From Pristiophorus japonicus (Eukaryota): 64,000 nt of DNA. The translations under genes were made by a program, and so were the position numbers. The notes under the pieces are model-generated. The model was not told the origin of the DNA and ran no database searches. It saw only the letters and a list, made by a program, of their open reading frames with translations. This document shows, piece by piece, positions 49,809 through 61,938 of the stretch (its first letter is position 1; the number at the start of each line of letters is the position of its first letter). The stretch spans positions 114,886,001-114,950,000 of the forward strand of contig NC_091991.1 in assembly GCF_044704955.1 (NCBI RefSeq), written 5' to 3'.

Positions 49809-52800
49809 TGTTACACTCACAATAAATGGTCAGACTGAGTCATGTGTGTAATGAGCAAGTGTGACCTTAGTTGCTTTAATAAGATTCCAGAGTGCAGGTA
49901 CCTCGTGGGTGGCCTGCTTATATACTGTGCTCCGAAGGGATGCTGGGATCCCTTGAGACTCCAACAGGTAGGCCCTCTGGTGGTCAGGTGTGATGCAGGT
50001 TACAAGGGGTTAAATACATAACATCACTCCCCTGTGAAGTCAACAGTACACTTATTTACAAGGTGAGATGATCTGGGGCTTTGCGCTCCCTTGTCGATCG
50101 TCTCGGTACAAATGCTGATGTGGGTGAATTGGTCACTTCTTCATGGGGCTGTTGGGCAGCCAGCCTTGCTGGGCTGCTGGAGATGATGAGTTCGGTTTCG
50201 TGGTCAACTGTGATGTCAGTTGCCACTTGTGTGTGTGTGTTGGAAGGTCAAAGTTGGTGGTGTCCTCTTCAGGTTGTCCATAGCTGTTGGTGAACCGCAA
50301 GTTGATTTGGTTCAAGGGTATTCTGTGCGTTTGTCCATTGGTCAGCTTGACCTGAAATACCCTACTCCCCTCTTTGGCTGTGACCGTGCCAGTGAGCCAT
50401 TTGGGACCATGTCCATAATTGAGCACAAACACAGGATCATTGATCTCAATATCACGCGACAAATTTGCGCGGTCATGGTACACACTTTGTTGATGCCGCT
50501 TGTCCGCCATGTGATCATGTAGATCAGGGTGGTCCAGAGAAAGCCTTGTTTTAAGTGCCCTTTTCATGAACAGCTCAGCTGGGGGAATCCCGGTGAGTGA
50601 GTGGGGTCTGGTGCGGTAGCTGAGCAGTACTTGGGACAACCGGGTCTTCAGGGAGCCTTCCAACACGCGTTTCAAGCTTTGCTTGATGGGCTGAACTGCC
50701 TGTTCTGCCCAGCCGTTGGATGCGGGCTTGAACGGCGCAGATGTGACATGTTTGATCCCGTTGCAGCTCATGAATTCTTTGAATTCAGCACTGGTGAAGC
50801 ACGGCCATTGTCGCTGACTAGGACATCAGGCAAGCCGTGCATGGCAAACATAGCTCGTAGACTTTCAATGGTGGCTGTGGATGTGCTTAGACATTATTGC
50901 ACATTCAATCCACTTTGAATAAGCGTCCACAACAACCAAAAACATTTTGCCTAGGAATGGGCCCGCATAGTCTACATGGATCCTCGTCCACGGTTTGGAT
51001 GGCCAGGACCACAAACTTAGCGGTGCCTCTCTGGGTGCATTGTTCAAATGAGAGCAAGTGTTGCACTGGCGCACACATGACTATAAATCTGAGTCGATGC
51101 CAGGCCACCACACGTGGGATCTGGCTATGGCTTTCATCATTACGATGTCTGGGTGGGTGCTGTGCAGTTCACAAATGAATGTGTCTCTGCCTTTCTTGGG
51201 CAAGACTACATGATTGCCCCACAAAAGACAGTCCACCTGCAGGGACAGCTCATCTTTGCGTCTGTGGAACGGCTTAATCGCTTCCTTCACCTCCACTGGG
51301 ACACTGGACCAGCTCCCATGGAGGACACAGTTTTTTTTACCAGGGACAGTAAAGGATCCTGGCTGGTCCTGATCTGACGGGCCGTAACGGGGGATTTCTC
51401 ATCCTCAAATGCCTCCATGACTATGAGCAAGTCCGCTGGCTGTGCCATTTCCACCCCAGTGGTGGGCAATGGTAGCCGACTGAGAGCATCTGCGCAGTTC
51501 TCTGTGCCCGGTCTGTGGCAGATTACATAGATGTATGCTGACAGTGTGAGCGCCCATCTTTGGATGCGGGCAGAGGCATTGGTATTAATCCCTTTGCTCT
51601 CTGAGAATAACGACATGAGTGGCTTGTGGTCAGTTTCAAGCTCAAACCCGAGGCCAAATAAGTACCGGTGCATTTTTTTTACCCCATAAACACACGCCAG
51701 AGCCTCTTTTTCAACCATGCTGTAGGCCCTTTCGGCCTTGGACAAACTGCTGGAGGCATACACAACTGGTTGCAAAATTCCCGATTCATTAGCCTTTGTA
51801 ACACACACCCGACCCCGTATGATGACGCATCGCAAGCTAACACCAATCACATGGGTTATACAGGTCAAGCAGTTTGTCAGAACATACTAAGTTTCTTAAA
51901 GGCAGCCTCTCGTGAATTCCCCCATACCCAGTCGTCTCCCTTGCGCCATAGCGTGTGTAGCGGTTTTAGCAGGGTGCTTAACCCAGGTAGGAAATTACCA
52001 AAGTAGTTAAGGAGTCCCAGGAACGACCGCAGCTCCATCACGTTCTGTGGTCGCAGCGCTTGATTGATGGCCTCCGTCTTGGCGTTGGTGGGTCTGATGC
52101 CATCTGTCGCGATTCTCCTTCCTAAGAATTCGACGTCCTGTGCCAGGAAAACACACTTTGAGCATTTCAACCTGAGCCCCATGCGATCCAACCGACAAAG
52201 AACCTCCTCCAGATTCTTTAAGTGCTCCATGTTGTCCCGACCTGTAACCAATATGTCGTCCTGGGAGACCACTGTGCAAGGAACTGACTTTAGCAGGTTC
52301 TCCATGTTCCGCTGGAAGATCGCTGCGGCCGACCGAATCCCAAACAGGCACCGGTTGTAGATAAACAGACCTTTGTGTGTGTTGATGCAGGTGAGGCCTT
52401 TTGAAGACTCCTCCAGCTCCTGCGTCATGTAGGCCGAGGTCAGGTCCAGCTTGGTGAACATCTTTCCTCCAGCCAGGGTCGCAAATAGGTCGTCTGCCTT
52501 GGGTAGTGGGTACTGGTCCTGTAGCGAAAAACGGTTAATCGTTACTTTATAGTCCCCGCAAATTCTAACTGTACTGTCCTCCTTGAGTACTGGAACAATC
52601 AGATTGGCCCAGCCAATTCCACTGGCACGATGATGCCTTCACATTGCAGCCTGTCCAGCTCGATTTCCACTTTTTCACACATCCTGTACAGTACTGCCCG
52701 AGCTTTGTGGTGGATGGGTCGTGTACCGGGAACCAAATGGATCTGCACTTTCGCCCCCGAGAAGCTTCCAATGCCTGGCTCGAATAACGAAGGAAACTTG

Positions 52801-54317
52801 CTTAGAACCTGGGTACATGTGATGTCGTCGACGGATGAAAGCACTCGGATGTCGTCCCAGTTCCAGCAGATTTTCCCCAGCCAGCTTCTGCCAAACAACG
52901 TGGGGCCATCCCCTGGCACAATCCACAGCAGGAGTTCATGTACTGATCCATCATAGGAGACTTTGACTTCAGCATTGACAAATACAGGGATTAGTTCCTT
53001 GGTGTAAGTCCTTAGTTTGGTGTGAATGGGGCTGAGCTTGGGCCTGTGTGCCTTCTTTCCCCACAGCCTGTCGAAGGCCGTTTTACTCATTATGGACTGA
53101 CTTGCCTCGTGTCCAGCTCCATAGACACTGGAATACCATTCAGTTCCATTTTAAACATTATTGGTGGGCATTTTGTCGTGAACGTGTGTACCCCGTACAC
53201 CTCTGACTCCTCCGTACGAGTTTCTAATTCTGTCTGATCCACTGTGGATCGATCTTCCTTTGCAACGTGGTGGTTTGCAGCTCACCTGCACATTCGTTGG
53301 CGGTGTCCCATTGTTCTGCAGCCATTGCATGCATAGTGCTTAAAGTGGCACTGATGGGGCCGATGATCACCTCCACAGCGCCAACAGGGTGTTAACTGCC
53401 TCGCATTAAGAGATGATGGCAGACTCTGGGTCAATTGAGATCGGGCCACATCAGTCGGCGTGTACATTCTGCCCTGTACATTTCTGCTCAAAACCAACGT
53501 TACTTTATGCACAGTACTGGTCGAAACATCTTTGTTCTGTGAAGTCTGCTTGGTGTTGTTGCTGGTGGACATAAATGCCTGGGCTATCGTTATGGCTTTA
53601 CTCAGGTTCGAAGTTTCTACAGTCAACAGTTTGCGAAGGATTATCTCATGTCCGATGCCCAGTACAAAAAAGTCTCTGAACATTTGATCTAGGAATCCCT
53701 CAAACTCACAATGTCCTGCAAGGCGCCTTAGTTCGGAGACGTAGCTTGCCACTTCCTGGCCCTCCGATCGTTGACACGTGTAGAACCGATATCTTGCCAT
53801 CAAAACGCTTTCCTTAGGATTTAGATGCTCCCGGACCAGCGTACACTGTTCTTCGTAGGATTTCTCTGTTGGTTTTGCTGGGGCTAGGAGATTCTTTATG
53901 AGGCCATAGGTTGTTGCCCCACAGACAGTTAGGAGGATCGCCCTTCGTTTGGTCGCATTCTCGTCCCCTTCCAGCTCGTTGGCCACGAAGTATTGGTCAA
54001 GTCTCTCCACGAAGGCCTCCCAATCGTCCCCCTCTGAGAACTTCTCCAGGATGCTGACTGTTCTTTGCATTTTCACGTGGTTGTTCGTTACCTCGTCGCC
54101 AATTGTTACACTCACAATAAATGGTCAGACTGAGTAGTGTGTGTAATGAGCAAATGTGACCTTAGCTCCTTTATTAAGGTCCCAGAGTGCAGGTACCTCA
54201 TGGATGGCCTGCTTATATACTGTGCTCCGAAGGGATGCTGGGATCCCTTGGGACTCAATAGGTAGGCCCTCTGGTGGTCAGGTGTGATGCAGGTTACAAG
54301 AGGTTAAATAGATAACA
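49809..54317 (-). mobile_element. Gypsy (Mag-like) LTR retrotransposon, full structure, disabled
   Basis: LTRs 49809-50023 and 54104-54317; perfect TSD TAATG; PBS TGGCGACGAGG; gag 53282-54115 with CCHC-type knuckles, then PR, RT, RH and IN fragments. Confidence 0.96.
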
Positions 54318-54687
54318 TAATGCGTGTTAAAAGACCCGTGAGCTGGTCTCAGTAAAACGACTGGCCAGAACAGGTGGAAAGGAACTGCTGAATGATTACA
54401 TTGTAAAACAGACAATACGGAGCGGCTGTAACACAAAGCCAGTAATTGTTGGGCTAAGACTAGCTTCTCATAAAACAACTAAAGGATAACGCGGCAGCAT
54501 AGAAAAAAAATTGGCATATTGCCAACACAAGTGATGGAGCTCAGCCAGTGCTAGGCTGCTCAGTGACCGAATGCCTATTTGCTGCAGTGAGCAGATAGCC
54601 AGGCAACAGTCACAGCTGAGACTGTACAATCCGCATTATGCCCACTAGTAATGGAGCCGACCAGGTCCATCTGGCATCAGGAAGTGG

Positions 54688-56717
54688 CAAAACCAAACTG
54701 GAAGCAATACGGTGGAGGACGATTTCCTGGAGTGCATAAGGATTGGTTTTCTAGACCAATATGTTGAGGAACCAACTAGAGGGTAGGCTATCTTAGACTG
54801 AGTGTTGTGTAATGAGAGAGGATTAATTAGCAATCTCGTTATGCGAGGCCCCTTGGGGAAGAGTGACCATAATATGGTGGAATTCTACATTAGGATGGAG
54901 AATGAAACAGTTAATTCAGAGACCATGGTCCAGAGACGTGAATTGGCTAGGATAGATTGACGAATGATACTTAAGGGGTTGACAGTGGATGGGCAATGGC
55001 AGACATTTAGAGACCGCATGGATGAACTACAATAATTATACATCCCAGTCTGGCGTAAAAATAAAAAAGGGAAGGTGGCTCAACCGTGGCTATCAAGGGA
55101 AATCAGGGATAGTATTAAAGACAAGGAAGTGGCATACAAATTGGCCAGAAATAGCAACGAACCCGGGGACTGGGAGAAATTTAGAACTCAGCAGAGGAGG
55201 ACAAAGGGTTTGATTAGGGCAGGGTAGAGTACGAGAGGAAGCTTGCTGGGAACATTAAAATGGACTGTAAAAGCTTCTATAGATATGTAAAGAGAAAAAC
55301 GTTAGTAAAGACAAACGTATGTCCCCTGCAGTCAGAATCAGGGAAAGTCATAACGGGGAACAAAGAAATGGCAGACCAATTGAACAAGTACTTTGGTTCG
55401 GTATTCACTAAGGAAGACACAAACAACCTTCCGGATATAAAAGGGGTCAGAGGGTCTAGTAAGGAGGAGGAACTGAGGGAAATCCTTATTAGTCGGGAAA
55501 TTGTGTTGGGGAAATTGATGGGATTGAAGGCCGATAATTCCCCCAGGGCCTAATGGTCTGCATCCCAGAGTACTTAAGGAGGTGGCCTTGGAAATAGCAG
55601 ATGCATTGACAGTCATTTTCCAACATTTCATAGACTCTGGATCAGTTCCTGTGGAGTGGAGGGTAGCCAATGTAACCCCACTTTTTAAAAAAGGAGGGAG
55701 AGAGAAAGCAGAGAATTATAGACCGGTCAGCCTGACATCGGTAGCGGGTAAAATGATGGAATCAATTATTAAGGATGTCATAGCAGCGCATTTGGAAAGA
55801 GGTGACATGATAGATCCAAGTCAGCATGGATTTGTGAAAGGGAAATCATGCTTAACAAATCTTCTGGAATTTTTTGAGGATGTTTCCAGTAGAGTGGACA
55901 AGGGAGAACCAGTTGATGTGGTGTATTTGGACTTTCAGAAGGCTTTCGACAAGGTCCCACACAAGAGATTAATGTGCAAAGTAAAAGCACATGGGATTGG
56001 GGGTAGTGTGCTGACGTGGATTGAGAACTGGTTGGCAGACAGGAAGCAAAGAGGAGGAGTAAATGGGTACTTTTCAGAATGGCAGGCAGTGACTAGTGGG
56101 GTACCGCAAGGTTCTGTGCTGGGGCCCCAGCTGTTTACATTGTACATTAATGATTTAGACGAGGGGATTAAATGTAGTATCTCCAAATTTGCAGATGACA
56201 CCAAGTTGGGTGGCAGTGTGAGCTGCGAGGAGGATGCTATGAGGCTGCAGAGTGACTTGGATAGGTTAGGTGAGTGGGCAAATGCATGGCAGATGAAGTA
56301 AAATGTGGATAAATGTGAGGTTATCCACTTTGGTGTTACTACAGTTGTACAGGGCCTTGGTGAGGCCACACCTGGAGTATTGTGTACAGTTTTGGTCTCC
56401 TAACTTGAGGAAGGACATTCTTGCTATTGAGGGAGTGCAGCGAAGGTTCACCAGACTGGTTCCCGGGATGGCGGGACTGAAATATCAAGAAAGACTGGAT
56501 CAACTGGGCTTGTATTCACTGGAGTTCAGAAGAATGAGAGGGGACCTCATAGAAACGTTTAAAATTCTGACGGGTTTAGACAGGTTAGATGCAGGAAGAA
56601 TGTTCCCAATGTTGGGGAAGTCCAGAACCAGGGGTCACAGTCTAAGGATAAGGGGTAAGCCATTATGGGCCGAATGGCCTCCTCCTGCACCTATTTTCTA
56701 TGTTATGTTTCTATGTT
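54688..56717 (+). mobile_element. 5'-truncated CR1 with internal deletions
   Basis: RT ORF 55582-56301 ([24 protein letters not shown]) and a TTTCTATG tail. Confidence 0.94.
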
Positions 56718-56893
56718 AACTTCAGCACCATCAGCTTGGGTTGAGGAAGGGCTCTGTCTATTGAAAAGGGTAGCCTATTGAAAAGCATGGAGATCAGGAG
56801 GGACTCAATGCCAGGTTTGCATTCCAAATGGTACATCGTCAAAGATATTACAGATGGCACTGGTCCAGAACCTCAGCAATGGGATGTAATGGT

Positions 56894-57166
56894 ACAACAA
56901 CTTGTATTTATACAGCGCCTTTAACATAGTAAAACCTCCCAAGATGCTTCACAGGAGCGTTATCAAACAACATTTGTCACCGAGTCGGATAAGGATATAA
57001 TAGGGCAGACTTGGTCAAAGAGGTAGGTTTTAAGGAGGAACGAGAGGTGGAGAGACAAAGAGGTTTGGGAGGGAATTCCAGAGCTTAGGGCCTAGTCGGC
57101 TGAAGGCACGGCCGCCACTGGTGCAGTGATTAAAATCAGGGCTGCTCAAGAGGCCAGAATTGGAGG
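56894..57166 (-). mobile_element. L2-type LINE 3' fragment
   Basis: Homologous to 23185-23480. Confidence 0.7.
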
Positions 57167-57404
57167 TACAGTTCCAGTATCCCTATCCCAGGGTGCTACT
57201 GATAGAGATCCAATATCCTTAACCCAGTATATGGTGCCGATACAAATGGTGCTGGTACAAATCCAGTATCACCAACCCAGACAGAGTTTTGGTACATAAC
57301 TTATTTGTATAAGCCACGAATTCCCACACACATTGTACTGAATGCACTGTCAAACTAGAAATAAATGTACTTTTTAAATACATTTAGCAATGCAGATTAG
57401 ATAT

Positions 57405-57625
57405 TTGGATGAGATGTTAAAATTAAACCCTGTCTGCCTGTACTGGTGGCAGTTTTCAAAGAAGTGTTGGGAGCTCTTCCAGTGTTCTGGCTAATACTCA
57501 TCCCTTAGCCAACCCCATCAAAAAATGGACAAATTAATCCAATACCTCATTGCCTGTCTTTGTTTAAAATGGCTGTTGTGTTTTTCTACATAAGAACAGT
57601 GATTCAACTTCAAAATGTGTAGTGT
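57405..57625 (+). mobile_element. Degenerate DeuSINE core fragment
   Basis: GGATGAGATGTTAAA..GTGTTCTGGCTAATA..AAATGGCTG motifs. Confidence 0.55.
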
Positions 57626-57899
57626 CTTGAGTTGTAAATCTTGAACAACAATCAGTGGCGTAGTTAGAGGATGTGGGCCCCAATGCAAAGATAGATTTTT
57701 TTAAATCACAGCACGACAGGGAAAAGTACAGCTGACCAAGGAAGACCTCAGGCAGCCGGCCCTCGAGTGAGGGGGTTCCGGGGGGGCCGAAGAGGGAGTT
57801 CGGGGTCTGGGGGAGCCGGTCTGAGGGGGAGCCGGGACCGGTGTGTGGGAGGGTTTAGGGGATGGGGAGTTACTGCGGGGTCCGGGAGCAGAAGGCGGA

Positions 57900-59052
57900 A
57901 TGGTGGTGCTCCAGGCTCGGGCTCTGTACGATTTCCAGAGCGAGAATGTGGGCGAGACCTCGGTGCGGGAGGACGAGGTGCTGGCCGTGTACAACGAGCA
58001 CGACATCGAGGGATGGCTGGAGGGTGGCCAACAGCCGCGGCCAGAGGGGGCCTCTTCCCGGCCTCGTCCGTGCAGATCCTGCAGGCCGGGAACGGGGGCG
58101 ACACTGCACCCGGTGTCGGTGCCGCTGATCCCCCCCCTCCCGCCTCCTGCTGTGCCAACGTGCCGACCGGCGGCTCCGACAGCCCAGCGCCGCCTCAGCC
58201 CCCCAGCGGCTTCCCCCTGCCGGCCTGCCCCGCCGCCAGCACCTTCTTCCCCCCGCATCTCACCCAAACGGGCGGCGGCGGCCTCGGGGGGCTGGTCCTG
58301 CAGCACCAGGTGTCAGGCAGCGGCCTCGGGGGGGCTGGTCCTGCAGCACCAGGTGTCAGGCAGCGGCCTCGGGGGGCTGGTCCTGCAGCACCAGGTGTCA
58401 GGCAGCGGCCTCGGGGGGCTGGTCCTGCAGCACCAGGTGTCAGGCAGCGGCCTCGGGGGGCTGGTCCTGCAGCACCAGGTGTCAGGCAGCGGCCTCGGGG
58501 GGCTGGTCCTGCAGCACCAGGTGTCAGGCAGCGGCCTCGGGGGGCTGGTCCTGCAGCACCAGGTGTCAGGCAGCGGCCTCGACGACGACTGGGACGATAA
58601 CTCGACATTGGCGGACCAGCCGCTGTCCGGGGGAGGTGGGGGCAGGGGAGGCTGCGGCGGCTTCTCGGATATCAATGGGACGGGCCGTCACCGAGTGAAC
58701 AGGGGGGCCGGCGGCCTGAATGTCAGGTGTTGGTGGGGTCGGTGTCCTCCTCCTCCTCCTCCTCCTCCTCGGCTGCCACATCCTCCTCCAAGAGCACGGC
58801 CACGGTCAGCAGGAACCTCAACCGCTTCTCCACCTTCATCAAATCGGGCGGCGACCAGATGTGTGTGTGGCGGCCGGCCTGCACGGCCCCGAGTGGCAGG
58901 ACCCTTACCCGTTCACCTCTCCATCAACGAGCCCACCAGGCACCAAGTTCAAAGGGCATCAAGAGCTACATCCCGTACCGCCTGGTGCCCAGCCGCACCC
59001 AGTTTTCCAGCTGAGCCACACCGCCAACGAGTTCGCGAGGAAGCAGGTGGCG
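57900..59052 (+). pseudogene. SNX18: Sorting nexin 18 pseudogene fragment (SH3, low-complexity region, PX start, BAR piece)
   Basis: [39 protein letters not shown] (SNX18-type SH3), [34 protein letters not shown] and [11 protein letters not shown]; several frameshifts and large deletions. Confidence 0.88.
58280..58580. repeat. 42-bp GC-rich tandem repeat, 7 near-identical copies
   Basis: Unit ggcctcggggggctggtcctgcagcaccaggtgtcaggcagc; one copy has an extra G. Confidence 0.95.
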
Positions 59053-59750
59053 GGCCCCTCCCTTCATGCGAGGGCCCCAATGCCACTGCATTGCCGTAGT
59101 TACAGCAATATAGAAATGCAAGCATTATTATTATAACTCCACGGTTTTAATACATTGCAACCATGACGCCCTCCTGCTGTTCAACAGCAGTCAATGCTGC
59201 CCCCTGGTGCTCAAGGCGATGCTAACAGTACTGGGGATTTTAAACAGTGAATCAAGGTCAGACAGGTAGAAAAGGAAAACACAATTGGACATCTTCCCTA
59301 AGCTTAGGCCAGTGAAGAAATCTCTTCAGTTGGAGATTTAATTTGCACTGTGCGATACAATTAGTACCTGTGCTGAGTATTAAGGGTTCGTCATTTAGTG
59401 ATTGATTGTTAACTTTTACTGTTGCTCTTGGGAGCAAATAACTCTAATGCACAGGCCTGGCATTCATGCTTTTTTGTTAACAACGTGTTACAGTACATCA
59501 GCAATTATAGTACCGCTCGATGGGGTCCACCAGCATTCAATGCACAGGGCATCACTCCTCTTTTCCAAATGTGGGCAGGCATCAACTTTGCCAGTGACAA
59601 TGCAGCACCAGCTGGCGAGGCAGACCCGGTTTTATTAATTATCTGACATTCCCTGAGAACAAGCTTCCACTGATTGCACTCACGTCACCAACTGGGCCAT
59701 CTACAGGAAATTGTTTCCCTTTTATCAACATATGGGTTACTGGTCCCTTA

Positions 59751-60434
59751 GGGGTCGAAATTTGGTATCGCCATTTTTGAGGCGGTGTCACCGCCTGAAT
59801 GCTGATTTTACCGCCAGGTGTTAGGTGCAGGCTTAAACTGGCAAATTGAGTTTTTACGCCCAAAGACGAGAGAGCAGCGCTAAAAAGTGGCGTTGCACAC
59901 TTGTCCTTGGCGGCAACGGGGCGGGAGCTCAGGAGGCCTACTCAATTTCGCAACGGAAGGCTGCCGGCATGCTAGGTGAAAAAACAGGAAGAAAAATAAA
60001 TAAAACTTCTCCTACCCACACCACACACACACACTTTCCCACTGTTACAACTAATGAAAATATGCAGAAATAAATAAAGAAAATAAAGAAAACCAAATCG
60101 CAATATTTGGTTTCAACAGTGGCCGAACTGGTAAGTGTTCTTACAGCCTGAAAAAAATGGTGAGTACATTGCAGATCTCAGGCAGAATCGTCCAGAGAGA
60201 AAAGTAAGTTTTTTTCTTTATTTCTGCATATTTTCATTAGTTGCACGCTGGACGACGTCACCACGTGGGTGGCGTTAGAGGGCGCAGCATTACCTCTTGG
60301 CGCCTCTACCAAAGACGCAATTGAATTTCTCCGGAGGCATGGAAGCCGGTTATGTCTGACAGCAGTCCTTTGCCGCCCATTAGTCACCCTTCTCCGGCAG
60401 TAACGGGTGGTGCTAGAAATTGAATTTTGACCTT
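59751..60434. mobile_element. Harbinger-type MITE, family A copy 2
   Basis: TTA|GGGGTCGAAATTTGG left end, degenerate right TIR AATTTTGACCT; homologous to 2839-3468. Confidence 0.8.
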
Positions 60435-60557
60435 TAAAATTAGGATTTACCCTGCAAAAGGAGCAGGGAGAAGACCTCATCACTGTGTTTAATTGTTTAC
60501 CATGAATGTGCAGGAGGCAGTGTGAGGCCCTTTACATACCTGCAAGTGTTCTTCACT

Positions 60558-61730
60558 CACATAGAAAATAGGTGCAGGAGTACGCCATTCGGCCTTTCAA
60601 GCCTGCACCACCATTGAATAAGATCATGGCTGATCATTCACCTCAGTACCCCTTTCCTGCTTTTTCTCCATACCCCTTGATCCCTTTAGCCGTAAGGGCC
60701 ATATCTAACTCCCTCTTAAATACATCCAATGAACTGGCATCAACAGCTCTCTGCGGAGGGAATTCCACAGGTTAACAACTCTGAGTGAAGAAGTTTCTTC
60801 TCATCTCAGTCCTAAATGGCCTACCCCTTATCCTAAGACTGTGTCCCCTGGTTCTGGACTTCCCCAACATCGGGAACATTCTGCCCGCATCTAACCTGTC
60901 CCGTCCCGTCCGAATCTTATATGTTTCTATGAGATCCCCTCTCATCCTTCTAAACTCCAGTGTATAAAGGCCCAGTTGATCCATTCTCTCCTCATATGTC
61001 AGTCCAGCCATCCCTGGAATCAGTCTGGTGAACCTTCGCTGCACTCCCTCAATAACAAGAACGTCCTTCCTCAGATTAGGAGACCAAAACTGAACACAAT
61101 ATTCAAGGTGAGGCCTCACCAGGGCCCTGTACAATTGCAGTAAGACCTCCCTGTTCCTATACTCAAATTCCCTAGCTATGAAGGCCAACATGCCATTTGC
61201 CTTCTTCACTGCCTGCTGTACCTGCATGCCAACTTTCAATGACTGATGAACCATGACACCCAGGTCTCGTTGCACCTCCCCTTTTCCTAATCTGCCGCCA
61301 TTCAGATAATATTCTGCCTTCGTGTTTTTGCCACCAAAGTGAATAACCTCACATTTATCCACATTATGGTGCATCTGCCATGCATTTGCCCACTCACCTA
61401 ACCTGTCCAAGTCACCCTGTAGCCTCTTAGCATCCTCCTCACAGCTCACACTGCCACCTAGTTTAGTGTCATCTGTGCAAACTTGGAGATATTACACTCA
61501 ATTCCTTCATCCAAATCATTGATGTGTATCGTAAAGAGCTGGAGTCCGAGCACTGAGCCCTGCGGCACCCCACTAGTCACTGCCTGCATTCTGAAAAGGA
61601 CCTGTTTATCCCGATTCTCTGCTTCCTGTCTGCCAACCAATTCTCTATCCACGCCAGTACATTATCCCCAATACCATGTGCTTTGATTTTGCACACCAAT
61701 CTCTTATTTGGGACCTTGTCAAAGGCATTT
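60558..61730 (-). mobile_element. 5'-truncated CR1
   Basis: Tail CATAGAAA at the left; RT C-terminal ORF 60772-61449. Confidence 0.94.
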
Positions 61731-61938
61731 TGTGGGACAGACAGTCGTTGAGGGAAAGGGTGGATGGGACTGGTTTGCCGCACACTCTTTCCGCTGCCTG
61801 CACTTGGTTTCTGCATGCTCTCAGCGATGAGACTCAAGGTGCTCAGCGCCCTCCTGGATGCACTTCCTCCACTTAGGGCGGTCTTTGGCCAGAGACTCCC
61901 AGGTGTCAGTGGGGATGTTGCACTTTATTAGGGAGGCT
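61731..61938 (-). mobile_element. RTE-type LINE internal fragment
   Basis: Translates as ASLIKCNIPTDTWESLAKDRPKWRKCIQEG, the RTE-type DR..WR C-terminal motif. Confidence 0.75.

Noticed and set aside
58280-58580. CRISPR-like array
   Set aside because: The units are directly adjacent with no unique spacers, there are no cas genes, and the context is eukaryotic.
57900-59052. Functional SNX18 gene or classical processed pseudogene
   Set aside because: Frameshifts within the SH3 domain and loss of most of PX/BAR exclude function; there is no poly(A) or TSD to support retroposition.
57701-59099. Long GC-rich ORFs (418, 277 and 201 aa) as novel proteins
   Set aside because: They result from high GC content and the 42-bp repeat; SNX18 homology switches between frames.
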